This document shows, in pieces, positions 11,608-24,049 of a stretch of DNA of 64,000 nt; positions within the stretch are counted from its first letter, which is position 1; the number at the start of each line of letters is the position of its first letter. The DNA comes from Podarcis filfolensis (taxonomy: Eukaryota), in assembly GCA_964270895.1 (NCBI GenBank), contig OZ185438.1. The stretch is one strand, 5' to 3'. The position numbers and the translations under genes are program-made. The notes under the pieces were generated by a model. It ran no database searches and was not told the origin of the DNA. It saw only the letters and a list, made by a program, of their open reading frames with translations.

Positions 11608-12262
11608 TTATAAATAAACAAACCCACCCCGCTTCTTCTATCATTTCATAATTACTGTAGCACACACCCCAGTGCTCTTCCTATTACCTAAGGGAAACAG
11701 CCTTTGCTTTTTGCTCTGTGCCCAAACATCCTCTCTGCCTTTAGATGAGCAGGACATTGAAAGAGCCACACCTAGAGGCTGGGTCCAAACATTTAGAAGT
11801 TATCAGGACATCCTCAGTGATGCTTTTCCTTCCGCCCAACTCTCGGTTCCGTTGCTACTGCCACATATACACTGGAGTTTCCTTTGATGGCAGATGGTGC
11901 CTTGGAATTACCAGGTTGACGAGAGACCAGTGTATAGTTTACTTAAAAGGGGGGTGGAGAGAATAATGCTGTAGCGGCAACAACATTCAAGCGATACCTT
12001 TCCCTTTAGGCACTTTTGGTCTAGTTCTGAATGAACACGTTGGTCTCAGGTTTGGTCCATGTTGGCAACAGGCATTGGGGACGGAAATCAATTCAGCTCA
12101 AACCTGTTGGAGCAACAGTCTCTGAAACGAGAACTCGAAACACAGCTCTCCTTAAAAATTTGTACTTTTCCGAATTTTGCAATACAGTCCGAATTTTGCA
12201 ATACATTTTGTAATACCATGTATATACAAATGCATCTGCTAGGTGGAAGTTTGCATAAAACT

Positions 12263-12304
<42 letters not shown>

Positions 12305-13623
12305 TATATATAGCGAAAATAACATATGCAAATATATCCTAATCCAGAGAAACTGGATGCAAAAATATGTAGTGGAAGCTGCGTCAAAAAGTGTTTATTA
12401 GGAGAAATTTGCACTAAAATGCTGAGGAGTTTTCATTATGGGTTTGGGGTTTTTTTCGGGGGGGGGAGGGAATCACAAATTACTGCAGAATGTAGAAAAC
12501 AGAATTTTAAGACTGGAAAAATTGGAAATTGAAAGAACCAACATTTATAGATCCTAGCATTAGTTTGGCCAGTTCAAGGAAGAACATACTTTATACTTTA
12601 TAGTATGATCTCCTTGTGTGGAAAAATCAAGAAATTTAAGAGGAAATACTTAATTCCTGACAGAAGAGATTTGAGGTGCAATTATTCTGAAGAGTTTGTC
12701 CCTGATGCTTTTATTTGCTGTTTTTATTCTTCTTCTAAATTGCTGCACATTTTATTGCAGTCTTTAAAAAAACAAACTTTGGTGCATCACTTAGCACTAG
12801 AACCTGTTTTCAGTCGAAGGATTATGTCTTAACACAATAATCAGTGCCTCTGAGCACACACAGAATAATCACAAAGAAACTACGATCAGCATCTGCGCAT
12901 CTGGCACTAAGGACAGGCCTACGTGGCCTCAGGATATGCTTTCCAGATAGCCTTGAGCTCAGACTCTTCTTCTAGAAATGTAAACATTTACACTGAATGT
13001 CATAAACCTAATCTACGTTTAAGAGCCTGTTACTGGGCACTTAAAGTTATTCCAAGTCGGGAAATAATGTTTGAAGAGATGTTGAAAGGGGGCAATTAGG
13101 ATTACAACATCGTGTTTCTGCTTTTCTAATATTTCCAGGACAGACGTGACCATTATAGAGGACGCTGCTTATTTTATGCCCTTCAAGAATACCCTGAACA
13201 CTTCTTAAAATATGTGCCATACTGCTGGTTTAATCCTTGTTCCCATTTCCTCAGCAGCTGTGGTTCTGTGGATGAGGATGAGAATTCCTTACCAGAATTC
13301 TCAGACACCTTGCAAGTGGTCTGAAATGCAAATATAGTAGACTATGTAGCTGAGCTGTGAATCAAAAGTCCTTGGTTTTAGTCTTACCTTTGCTGTGAAC
13401 TCACTAGCTGGCCTTAGGCAAGGAGCTAGTCCTCATCCTCAATCTCAACCTTCTCCCCACCAGCAATCTGGGATTTACTAATACTGCTGATTTCAACTGC
13501 TTAAACAATCAACATTTTCTAAAGCAGGTGTAATGCTGGTATTACTGCAGAGACAAAAATAATGACAACTTATTCTCTTTGTTCTGAATATCGCAGAATA
13601 TACAGAGAGTATCTGATTAAGTA

Positions 13624-14389
13624 CCGTATTTTTCGCCCCATAGGACGCACCGGCCCATAGGACGCATCAAGTTTTTTGGGGGGGAAATAAAGGAAAAAAA
13701 ATTTATTTCCCCCCCAGGCGCTTGTGGTGCCGGCAGCGGGGAGAAGCGCTTTTCTCCCCGCCGCCCGCCTTCAGACCAGGTTCGGGGACAGCGGGGAGAC
13801 GCGCTGCGCCTCCCCGCTGTCCCCGGAGCTTGCGGGGCAGGCAGCGGGGAGAAGCGCTCTTCTCCCTGCCGCCCACCTTCAGACCAGGTCCGGGGACAGC
13901 GGGGAGACGCGCTGCGCCTCCCAGCTGTCCCCGGAGCTTGCGGGACAGGCAGCGGGGAGAAGCGCTCTTCTCCCCGCCGCCCGCCTTTAGATCAGGTCCG
14001 GGGACAGCGGGGAGACGCGCTGCGCCTCCCAGCTGTCCCTGGAGCTTGCGGGGCAGGCAGCAGGGAGAAGCGCTCTTCTCCCCGCTGCCCGCCTTCAGAT
14101 CAGGTCCGGGGACAGCGGGGAGATGCGCTGCGCCTCCCCACTGTCCCCGGAGCTTGCGGGGCTGCCGGCGGGGTCTCCCCGCCGTCAGCCTCCAAACCAC
14201 TTTGGGAGACAGCGGGATGGCGGCGTTCCGCCTCCCTCTGTCCCCCGACCTTGTGGGGCTGGCGCTGGGGCTCTCCCCTCTCACTCTGCAGGCTTCAGCG
14301 AAAGCCTGCATTCGCCCTATAGGACGCACACACATTTCCCCTTCATTTTTGGAGGGGGAAAAGTGCGTCCTATAGAGCGAAAAATACGG
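13624..14389. mobile_element. Tc2/pogo-like MITE with an internal GC-rich minisatellite
   Basis: TA|CCGTATTTTTCG...CGAAAAATACGG|TA termini. Confidence 0.85.
13733..14162. repeat. Minisatellite, 4 x 108 bp
   Basis: Unit starts GCAGC(G/A)GGGAGAAGCGC at 13733, 13841, 13949 and 14057. Confidence 0.9.
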
Positions 14390-14541
14390 TAAGTAAGGCA
14401 ACTCCCATCTCCTAGATAACTGGTCCCTAAAATTATCCAACCTCATTTTTACAGCTGAAGTTGCACAGTATTCTCCAGTATGGTGAGACATTTACTGTAT
14501 TTACAGTAATTACTTCTAAATTTGCATCTATCAGTCTAAAG

Positions 14542-14677
14542 CAGCGTTTTCCAAACTTGGATCTCCAGCTGTTTTTGGACTACAACTCCCATTATCCCTA
14601 GGTAGCAGTACCAATGGTCAGGGATGATGGGAATTGCAGTCCAAAAACAGCAGGCGACGCAAGTTTGGGAAACACTG
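14542..14677. mobile_element. hAT-like palindromic MITE with 8-bp TSD
   Basis: GTCTAAAG at 14534-14541 and 14678-14685; termini CAGCGTTTTCCAAACTTG...CAAGTTTGGGAAACACTG. Confidence 0.85.
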
Positions 14678-15393
14678 GTCTAAAGTAACATATGCAAAAC
14701 TTATGTAAATCAGTGTTCTTTTTTTGTCCTCTAATTCCGGTGATGCTTCCCCCCTTTTTTTGAAATCTGTAAGTGGCCATCCAAATTCAATGGCATAACC
14801 ACACTTCAGCTGACTTGACTATTCATATAAACAAGTGCCAAACGACTGATTCTTCGCTTTTCCTGTAATGTGGATTAGCCCAGCAGACGATGTGGAGAAT
14901 GCTAAATCCCCTTTCCAATGAAACCCCACTAATTTAATTATTCAAGGATCATAGCACCGCATTATTGAGATGCGCTTGGAAAGAGACACGGGTTACCTCC
15001 AAAAGTCATCTATGAGGAATTTCTCGCGCCGCTTCCAGCAATAGAACAATCCAGTGAAATAATGTAATAAATTTATTGCGTGTCACATAAAACCCAAAAC
15101 TCATTCAGGTTTAAATAATTTCATTAGCTTTGCTTTGAGGGAATAATGCAAATTTACTGCTGAAGGAAAATTAGAAGTGGGGGCTGGGGAGATACTGGAG
15201 CAATTAACACAAGAACTTGGAGCAGATCTCTTCTAGTAGTGTGTTCACATTACTGCCTCAGAGTACAGTGAATTTGTTCCCCTACCATCCAGATTTTACA
15301 GTGCTTTCCCCCACCCCACCCCCACCCCACTTGCTCACATCAACTGTCACAAAACCAGCCAGTCCAGCAAATCACAGTTTGAAGTTGGAGTTA

Positions 15394-15854
15394 CCGTATT
15401 TTTTGCTCTATAGGACGCACTGTTTCCCCTCCAAAAATTAAGGGGAAATGTGTGTGCGTCCTATGGAGCAAATGCAGGCTCCTTGGCTTCAGCGACAGCA
15501 ACGCGAAGCCTCCAAAGCGCAGAGGGAGCACGCTCTGGAGGCTTTGTGTTGCTTTCGCTGAAGCCTGGAGAGCGAGAGGGGTCGGTGCACACGAGTTCCT
15601 GCTGCGCTCCACAGGCTTCAGGTTCCTTTTGCTGAAGCCAGGAGAGCAAGATTCTCCTGGCTTCAGCAGAGAGGGAGAGCTGCACAGCGCCCCTTCAGCC
15701 AAGCGGGAGGAGAAATGGAAGGGGCTCCGTTTCTCCTGCCACTTCGCTGAAGGGGTGCTGAGCAGATAGGGGGAGAATTTTTTTTACTTGCTCTCCCCCT
15801 CTAAAACAAGGTGCGTCCTATGGTCGGGTGCGTCCTATAGAGCGAAAAATATGG
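15394..15854. mobile_element. Tc2/pogo-like MITE
   Basis: TA|CCGTATTTTTTG...CGAAAAATATGG|TA termini. Confidence 0.8.
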
Positions 15855-15899
15855 TAATTCTTTATTAGCAAACCCACTATCTCCACAGACTTGGTGGAG

Positions 15900-16702
15900 T
15901 GTCAGGACTAATGAGCACAGCAGCTCATTCCCCATAGGTCTTACTCCATGAAATCAGTTGTCACACTGAAGTCTCCCCACAGCAGTCTCTGTCTCCTCCT
16001 CTCCAGAGCTTTTTCTAAGCAATCGGAGACTACGCCTGTGTATCTGTCTTTGCTCCTCCCGTTTCACGCTGTCAGGAGCCAGAGTCAGGTGAAGGTCCGC
16101 AACGGAAAAACCTGGTGTCAGTAAAGTTAACTCTTTATTCAAAGAAACCAAAACAGTGCAGGCCTAGTGATTCCAGCAACTCTTCCCAGTAGGTCTTGAC
16201 CCCAATGAGGCAGCTGTGAAGGCAGAAGGTCCTCTCCTCTTCAGGGTTCTTTGCAGGCAGGCACAGACTGCGCCTGCACACAACAAATCTCTCCTCTGCT
16301 CTTTTCATTTCACTGTGTGTTCTGGGAGACCACAGGGAAAGGAGCTGGCCGCAACAGGAGGGGGAGACTCCCTGGACTCTTCAGCAGCCAGCCTCATCTC
16401 TGTCTCCTGGCCCTCCTCATCTCCAGCCTCTGAATCAGGACTGCTCTCTGCCCCAGCATCTTCCTGCTCACTAAACTCTGTTGTCTCTTCAGCTTCTGAC
16501 ACTGCCTCTTCCCCATCTTCTCTCTCTGACCACTCATCGTTGTCCCACCACCACTCCCTGGGCTCTGAGCCCTCTTCCTTTGGTGGTTCCCCAGCTGGTT
16601 CCTCCCACTGTTCCACTGTGTCCAACCAGTCCATGACAACAACACAGCTGAATCACTGCCAAGATTCCTTTCTGTTTGTGCATACAACAGGGGCTGCTGA
16701 CA
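15900..16702 (-). mobile_element. Gypsy-like solo LTR(s); TGTCAG...CTGACA termini with a second TGTCAG at 16070
   Basis: Inverted TGTCAG/CTGACA ends; minus-strand AATAAA at about 16133; acidic open frame 16305..16634. Confidence 0.5.
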
Positions 16703-16920
16703 GGTGGCGATATCTTTACCCCATGCGGAAGTGTTCATACCTTGGCTAGAGGTGAATTAGGAATGGCTTAAGGGTGTGAAGCTGCTTAGAGAAGCAAAGC
16801 ATCAACCAGTAGGGCTTTGCAACAAAGTACAGGACACATATGCATTTTGGATAACGTTTTGTGAACACGAATTAAAAACCCAGCACTGAAAATGCAGTGG
16901 GTGCACAGTAAGCATGAAGA

Positions 16921-16968
<48 letters not shown>

Positions 16969-17323
16969 TACTACTACTGCATCCATCTGGCTGGGTTTCC
17001 CCAGCCACTCTGGGTGGCTCCCAACAAATAACAACAACAACAACAACAACAATATACTGATAAAACATCAAACATTAAAAACTTCCCTAAACAGAGCTGC
17101 CTTCAGATATCTTCTAAAAGTCAGATAGTTGTTTATTTCCTTGACATCTGATGGGAGGGTGTTCCACAGGGAGGGCGCCACTACTGAGAAGGCCCTCTGC
17201 CTGGTTCCCTGTAACCTCAGTTCTCGCTGTGAGGGAACCGCCAGAAGGCCCTTGGAGCTGGACCTCAGTGAATGATGGGAGTGGAGATGCTCCTTCAGGT
17301 ATACTGGGCCAAAGCCATTTAGG
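16921..17323 (-). mobile_element. L2-clade LINE 3' end with (AAT)n tail and internal (AAC)n
   Basis: Matches the 860-1206 and 2922-3282 copies. Confidence 0.85.
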
Positions 17324-18971
17324 TTAGGTTGCCCTCAGGCCTAATACAAGGAGGTTTTTCATAGGACATAACACAGCCCTGTTTCCCACCTTCACAGCAT
17401 GTGTGCACGAGGAGATAGTAGAAATTAGCACACACTTTCCACATCCACATCTTGCCCTTCCTTTGGGATCAGGTGAGAGGGAGAGCTGGATGAAGATTTA
17501 TTTATTTATTCCCCGTGGGGAAGCATGCACAGGGTATGGGAAGTGTGCACAGACTTCCTGGTTTCTGAAAAGGCCCATCACACCGCATGTGTGTACGCCA
17601 AGCGGTGGGAGAGGGGAAATCAGGCTCCAATGAGCCCTACTGTAATCCCTCCATGCTGGGTTCTACTCCTATGCTTGCACAGGTCACATGCCAAGTTAAT
17701 GCTGGTCCCAGTAAAAAATATTCACTCAGGTTCTTCCAACTTGACCGTGAATCTAACTTTCAAAAACAAAAAGGGGTCCTGGCTTCACACAGGAGGAGTC
17801 TCACGGTGTCGTATTTGTAATGCAACACAGATGCACATTCATCATTCAACAAGTGCTGACAAACACTATGTATTGCTGTTTCCTGTTTGGACACAGCATG
17901 GCAAATTTTGCCGCCAAGCACAAAATATTAATTAATTTTAACACTTGGTCGTCTTCTTAAAAAAATGTTTTCTTGACACATTCTGAAAAAGCACAGCAGC
18001 GGCACCGTTGAAAAGCTTCCCTCGCTCACAAAGCAAGGTACCGCGCATTGAGATTTTTGGAGAAATGCTTCGTATGTTGTCATTACAATGCTTCCTTTTG
18101 TGAGATGCCCATAAATCTCTGAAAGTCACTGGAAAGTCATCCAAGAAAAGACTTCCTCTCCGCCTCGTGGTCGCTTAGCACGGGGCTCCCTCACTAATTG
18201 AGTATGTATTAAGGAAAGAATGGCTCCTTTCAAGAAGCGTCCCTCCAAGCTCTTTGACAAAAGAACACTGGAGCCTTTTTCGTTGTTAGCTCTTCACACA
18301 TTATTAAGCAAGGGTTAATAAAGGGAAAGGGTCCCCATAAGCCCTTGCCATATCTCTCCTCCTCACCCACTCCACGCACGCACACACTCAATTCATTCAG
18401 AGATTTGTCAAGATCAGATGACAGGGCAGATGAATCAAAACGCTGGAGCCAGAAACAAGAGAGCCTTTCCAAGTTTGGAGAGCAGTTAATTCCGGGAAGG
18501 ATAAATGCAAACTGTTCCTCACAATAAACCAACTCATGCTATCCTACCAAGATGGATCCTCAGGATTTTTTGCAGCAAACCTCCCTGTGACTGGCAAAGA
18601 TATAACTGGAGAAAGCGCCCCCAGAATTCTGTTTTGTTGGAGCAACAACAAAACTCTCTTAGGTAAAGTTTTCCTCAAGCAAGATCAAAGTGAAATGGAA
18701 GGAGACGGGAAGAAGAGTCCATGAAACCATCTCAATTAAAGGCTTCAAGAAAATGCCTGGGAAACAGAACTGGGTTATCCAAAAGGCAAAACAAAGCACA
18801 TGTTTAGGGACACGAAAAAACTAGGGACACGAAAAAAGAGAGAGATTCTGACTTTGATCTTTTTTTAAAAAAAAAGCATTGAAGGACTCATCATGGGGGA
18901 AATCAAAACTTAGTAAGACTTTCCTACAGTCCACAACACACTCTTCCCACATTTTTTGTTCTTTTTTATTA

Positions 18972-19229
18972 CCGTATTTTTCCCTCTATAAGACGCACCA
19001 GACCACAAGACGCACCTAGTTTTTGGAGGAGGAAAACAAGAAAAAAAAATTCTGAATCTCAGAAGCCAGAACAGCAAGAGGGATTGCTGCGCGGTGAAAG
19101 CAGTAATCCCTCTTGCTGTTCTGGCTTCTGGGATAGCTACGCAGCCTACATTCGCTCCATAAGACGCACACACATTTCCCCTTACTATTTAGGAGGGAAA
19201 AAGTGAGTCTTATAGAGCAAAAAATACGG
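18972..19229. mobile_element. Tc2/pogo-like MITE, inverted copy of 3393-3651
   Basis: TA|CCGTATTTTT...AAAAATACGG|TA; internal CCAGAACAGCAAGAGGGATT palindrome shared with 3393. Confidence 0.85.
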
Positions 19230-19945
19230 TATTTATCCCCACGTCAACCAGAGGGCATCCTACTAAAGTGGAGGAAAGCAAATCATATCCTGTCATTCGA
19301 CATAATAAATCTTTCCTTTGTTTTATTGTTGTATTTTAAATTTGAATTTTACATTTTGCTATTGTTTTTATTTTGAACTGCGTATAGGGGGCACTGTAGT
19401 CTTTTCAGTGCTTAGGAGCTCTAAAGGTCTTATTGCATCCCTCTCAACTGCCCCAATTAAATGGGGACATCCCGAAAGATCCCAAAAATGCGAGAGATCG
19501 AGGAGCCCCAAAACACACATTTGGGGACAAAATATACAAGATCGTGACCTCGCATGAGATCACGGAGCTCTGTGATCTTGCACAGATCATGGGACTCACG
19601 CAAGAGTGTGGCTAGGGAGCCATGCATCTCGGTTTTCAGTTTCAACACGTTAGAGGGTGTGATGTCGGGAAACATACAAAACTGATGCCAAACCTCTCTA
19701 CCACTGCATGGTGGCTGGTGAGATGTGGGTGCCTTGTTCACATTTACCACCCTCTTTTGGATTGTGAATTAATCACCTCATGCGGAATCCAGTCTTCAAC
19801 CTCCTCCATCTCTGTCTCTTCCCTTGGACGGGGGGGGGGGGGGGGGAGAGAGATGCTACTGCAGGCCAGCATAAAAACTCTGCCAAAGAACTGCATAGAA
19901 CCTTTTAATAAACCAGTTAAGTCTGCTAGAGCAGAGGAGCCTGAA

Positions 19946-19986
<41 letters not shown>

Positions 19987-20199
19987 TTATTTATACCCCA
20001 CCCATCTGGCTGGGTTTCCCCTGCACTCTGGGCAGCTCCCAACAGAACAAAAAGCACAATAAAACATAAAACATTAAAAACTTCCCTAAACAGGGCTGCA
20101 TTCAGATGTCTTCTAAAAGCCAGATAGTTGTTTATTTCCTTGACATCTGATGAGAGGGCGTTCCACAGGGCGGGTGCCACTACCGAGAAGGCCCTCTGC
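19946..20199 (-). mobile_element. L2-clade LINE 3' end with (GAT)n tail
   Basis: ORF 19983..20180 MAPALWNALSSDVKEINNYLAFRRHLNAALFREVFN. Confidence 0.85.
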
Positions 20200-20813
20200 T
20201 CAATGAGGATTCAACAGTCAACTCCAATTTTCCAATGCAGCAGCCATACGGGCAAGGCCAATTGCACAACTTCCTCTCTTTCCTTCCAGGTTAAAAAAAA
20301 AGCAAGAAATGCATACAGTGCCTTTTCTGATGCTGTAAATAAATACTATGAGTGACTTTTATTGGTTGAAGGAGGACCACAGGCATAGGGAAGGAGCATG
20401 TGGCTTGCGTCCCCTGCTGTGCAAATGTGCAGCGGTAAATGATGACAAATTTAACAATTGCAAATGAAAATTCTAATTGTGCAGGGAGTTAATACCGGAA
20501 ACGTGCTGAATTTGGCAAACCAAGGACAAACGTCTTGTTAGTGTTTAATTAGTGTGATCGGTGGATCCCTAGTTCCCCCACAGGCCTCATCCATGAGTTC
20601 TGAATTTCAGAGGTGATCTGAATATCTACATTGCTGCTACCTTTACTTCTGTTTCCCCCATATAACTTAATTACAATATCTCAGGGTGAAAACTTTGACT
20701 CTGCTAGAAGTTTAAGTACCCACATGGGAATTAATTGTGTGGCTAAAACAGAAAGCTCACGGACAAGCTGCATCTGAGCAGCCGGACACTGCACACAAAG
20801 ATTCATCTTCTTA

Positions 20814-21166
20814 CTGTATTTTTCCGTGTATAACACAACCCCGTGTATAAGACGACCCCTCTTTTTGGGAGCCCTCAACAGTTGTTGAGCTTCTTCCGTA
20901 AGTTTGCTGAGCTGTTGAGCAGCTTTTCGACAATCCCCCGCTCTGGCTGACGGAACTGTTGCCGTAATACACCGTATAATGGCACTCACCAACTCTTCCT
21001 AAGCCGGGAAGGGCAGGTAAGCAGCCTCCTCTCCGATATTTCCCTGCTACCACCACAGCACCAGCCCTCGCTTACTTAGCATATTAACCCGTGTATAAGA
21101 TGACCCTCAATTTATCACAGAAAAAAATTCCGGAAAAAAGGTCGTATTCTACATGGGAAAATACGG
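20814..21166. mobile_element. Tc2/pogo-like MITE
   Basis: CTGTATTTTTCCGTGTATAA...GGGAAAATACGG termini; related to 42104-42502. Confidence 0.7.
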
Positions 21167-21295
21167 CATATGTTTTTAAGGCATTAAAATTATTTTTTCT
21201 TGCAAATACTGCAAGCATATCTTCCAGGCACTTCTTCAGTACTAACCGTGTTGAAGTGAAGGGGATCATTTGGGTCGATGGGAAAACCTGAACTA

Positions 21296-21372
21296 CGGGG
21301 TTGGGATATAGCTCAGTGATCGAGCATCAGTTTTGGAAGCAGAAGATCCCAGATGCAATCCCTGGCGTATTT
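21296..21372 (+). mobile_element. tRNA-derived SINE head (degenerate)
   Basis: GGGATATAGCTCAGTGAT...GATCCCAGATGCAATCCCTGGC with A-box/B-box-like segments; related to 52400-52555. Confidence 0.5.
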
Positions 21373-21460
21373 ATATAGGACAGGTATCAGAGGGATATAT
21401 CGGATTCCTCCTGTCGCCCTTGGGAATGTGCATTGTACAGTCTCCCAGGCCCAACCTCTA

Positions 21461-21702
21461 AAGTGGTACCTTGGGTTACATATGCTTCAGGTTACATATG
21501 CTTCAGGTTACAGACTCCGCTAACCCAGAAATAGTACCTCAGGTTAAGAACTTTGCTTCAGGATGAGAACAGAACTCATGCTCTGGCGGCATGGCAGCAG
21601 CAGGAGGCCCCATTAGCTAAAGTGGTGCTTCAGGTTAAGAACAGTTTCAGGTTAAGAACTGACCTCCGGAACGAATTAAGTACTTAACCCGAGGTACCAC
21701 TG
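21461..21702. mobile_element. Mariner-type MITE
   Basis: TA|AAGTGGTACC...GGTACCACTG|TA; inverted copy at 46539-46753. Confidence 0.85.
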
Positions 21703-21745
21703 TATAAATTACTCATAGACAAGGTGGAAGAACATTTAAAGGACA

Positions 21746-21986
21746 AGGTAAAAGGGTAAAGGGACTCCTGACCATTAGGTCCAGTTGCGGACGACTCTGG
21801 GGTTGCGGCGCTCATCTCGCTTTATTGGCCAAGGGAGCCAGCGTACAGCTTCCGGGTCATGTGGCCAGCATGACTAAGCCGCTTCTGGCGAACCAGAGCA
21901 GCGCACGGAAACGCCGTTTACCTTCCCGCCGGAGCGGGAATTTGCTTGCACTTTGACGTATTTTCGAACTGCTAGGTTGGCAGGAG
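21746..21986 (-). mobile_element. Sauria SINE, 3' two-thirds
   Basis: GGTAAAAGGGTAAAGGGACTCCTGACC tail and conserved body. Confidence 0.85.
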
Positions 21987-24049
21987 TGAAAGGACAAATA
22001 TGCTTATCATGGCACTGACTGGCAAGGTATGTCCTGAGTAAGGAATCAACTCTTTGTTGTCAGATTTTTCTGTGCTGTGTTCAAAAAACAGGGCAATATT
22101 AAGAACCAACAAACACATGCGCATCCGAACAAGAATACAATCTAACCAGCAGCAATACGGTGTCAACAGCAGTGAGAACAACACAAACTCAACTAAGTGT
22201 CATCGTACTCAGAGGCTAAAACCCTGCTTAACCAGTAATATCTTACTAACTCATACAGCCAAAAAAAGTTCTTAGACCCTGCAGATCTCAATAAGTAATG
22301 AACTGCATAATATGGAGCTGAAACACGGAACGTTATTATCAAGGACAATCTAGTCCTACAGAGGCAACACACTCTCTGACATTGAATGACTAGCAAGTCA
22401 CAGATACCACTACCACCCACATGTCAAATGCTTTATGACATTCAATTAGCATTTAATATCCCTGTGTACGTTTTGCTTGAGGCAGCAGCCCCCTTTTAAA
22501 ATTTATTCAACCAAATCTGTACAGCGTTCAGCTGTAAATAAAACCTCTCAGTGTGATTTACACTTTACCCTGCTTACAGTACAGAATCAATCTGCTTGCA
22601 GATTCCCCACAGGCACTAAACTGGCCAGTATGAGAACAGGATACCTAGCTAGATGACCGGCTGGGATGATCCAATCGGCTGCTATGTTCTTACATCCTTC
22701 TAGGCATTGACTGTGGGCTGACTTGTTCAATTCAGGCAAAGATGTGTTATAGCCATGCATTCCTTCACACACCCCAGTAAAGTAATTGGACAACAAACAT
22801 CACTTGCAATGGGTGACTGTACCGCTAAACATAAATCTGAAAACACTCTATTCAGGTTTTAGGGCCGTGCATTATTTTGCAATAAAACAAAATGTTATAA
22901 CCCTTTGAAAAGCACTAAGATTTCCTTTGCAGAAATTGAAACATTTCAGGATTCGCATACAGTTCTTTAGGCATTCAGAATTGTTTTTGCCGGTTTCTCT
23001 TTGCGGTTCTTATTTTTGTGGCACGAGAGCTACATTTCAGAACGATTAGAGAAGTTCCGATTAGGGCAGAACAGCTCCATCTCCACCGGTGACTCAAAGT
23101 AAAAGCCGAAACGGCACTCAGAATACATCTTGAATAAATGTTCAAAAACCATATCCTTGGGGTAATTTCCTGTTTGACTAGCGAAGGTATTTTGTTAGCA
23201 TCTGATAAAGCTGTTTGAACTCTGGAAGCATAATACTGGGAAAGCGTGTCTGATGAACTCTTTGGACATACTGTTTGAAGCACTGAGAGAAATCCACTTT
23301 ACTAGCTGAGCAGTTCCTGCGCTCTGAAAAATTCCCTTTCCCGCTGTGTTCTTCCAGCCTGTTAGTGCCACATACAAGGTGCAAGGATAAGACAGACTCA
23401 ATAGCACAAACTTATGCATGTCCACTCTGAAGGGTGTTCAGCTGAATTTATTCCCACGTAACTGTTCATAGGATTACAGCCTTAAACTGATTTCAGTGTC
23501 AAGGGAAGCGTAGGAATTGCATTTCGGTTAAGAGGGACTACCAAGAACCCCTAATTCTTCCCAGTATCCCCATCAGACTGAAGTTCTCAGAGTTTGTGGT
23601 GGAAGCCATGTTGACAGTTATACAAAACTAGTCGGATGGATCCAGTGCTAGCCTATGCATGCCAACTCAGAAGTAAGTCCTGTTGAGGTCAGTGGAACTT
23701 ATTCCCAGGTTGTTGTGTACACACAGGATTGCAGCCTCGGCCAGCGGAACTTTTTCTGTTGAACGGTTGAAAAGTTAGTCATGCCAAAGAAAATGCACCA
23801 ATGAAATCAATGTGAGCTGAGTTCAACTGACTAAATCCAAACCCATGAATTGCAGCAGCAGAGTTCGACGGAGCTGCCAAGCTGGTACAACCCCCACTAT
23901 GCATGGCAGCCAGGGCAGGAGGTAGGGAGAAAAACATGAGACTCTAAATCTCAGGGTTATGTGGTTCTAGCCCCACATTGAGCAAAAGATTCCTGCAGCT
24001 ATTAAGAGGTCAAACAAATCAAAATTTAATAAAAGAATGGGGTTGTGTG

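Noticed and set aside
13703-14491. 262-aa and 217-aa ORFs
   Set aside because: Produced by the GC-rich 108-bp tandem repeat inside a MITE
16786-17128. Poly-L, poly-I, poly-N and poly-M ORFs here and at 19622-20062 and 35878-36455
   Set aside because: Translations of trinucleotide tails of L2 copies
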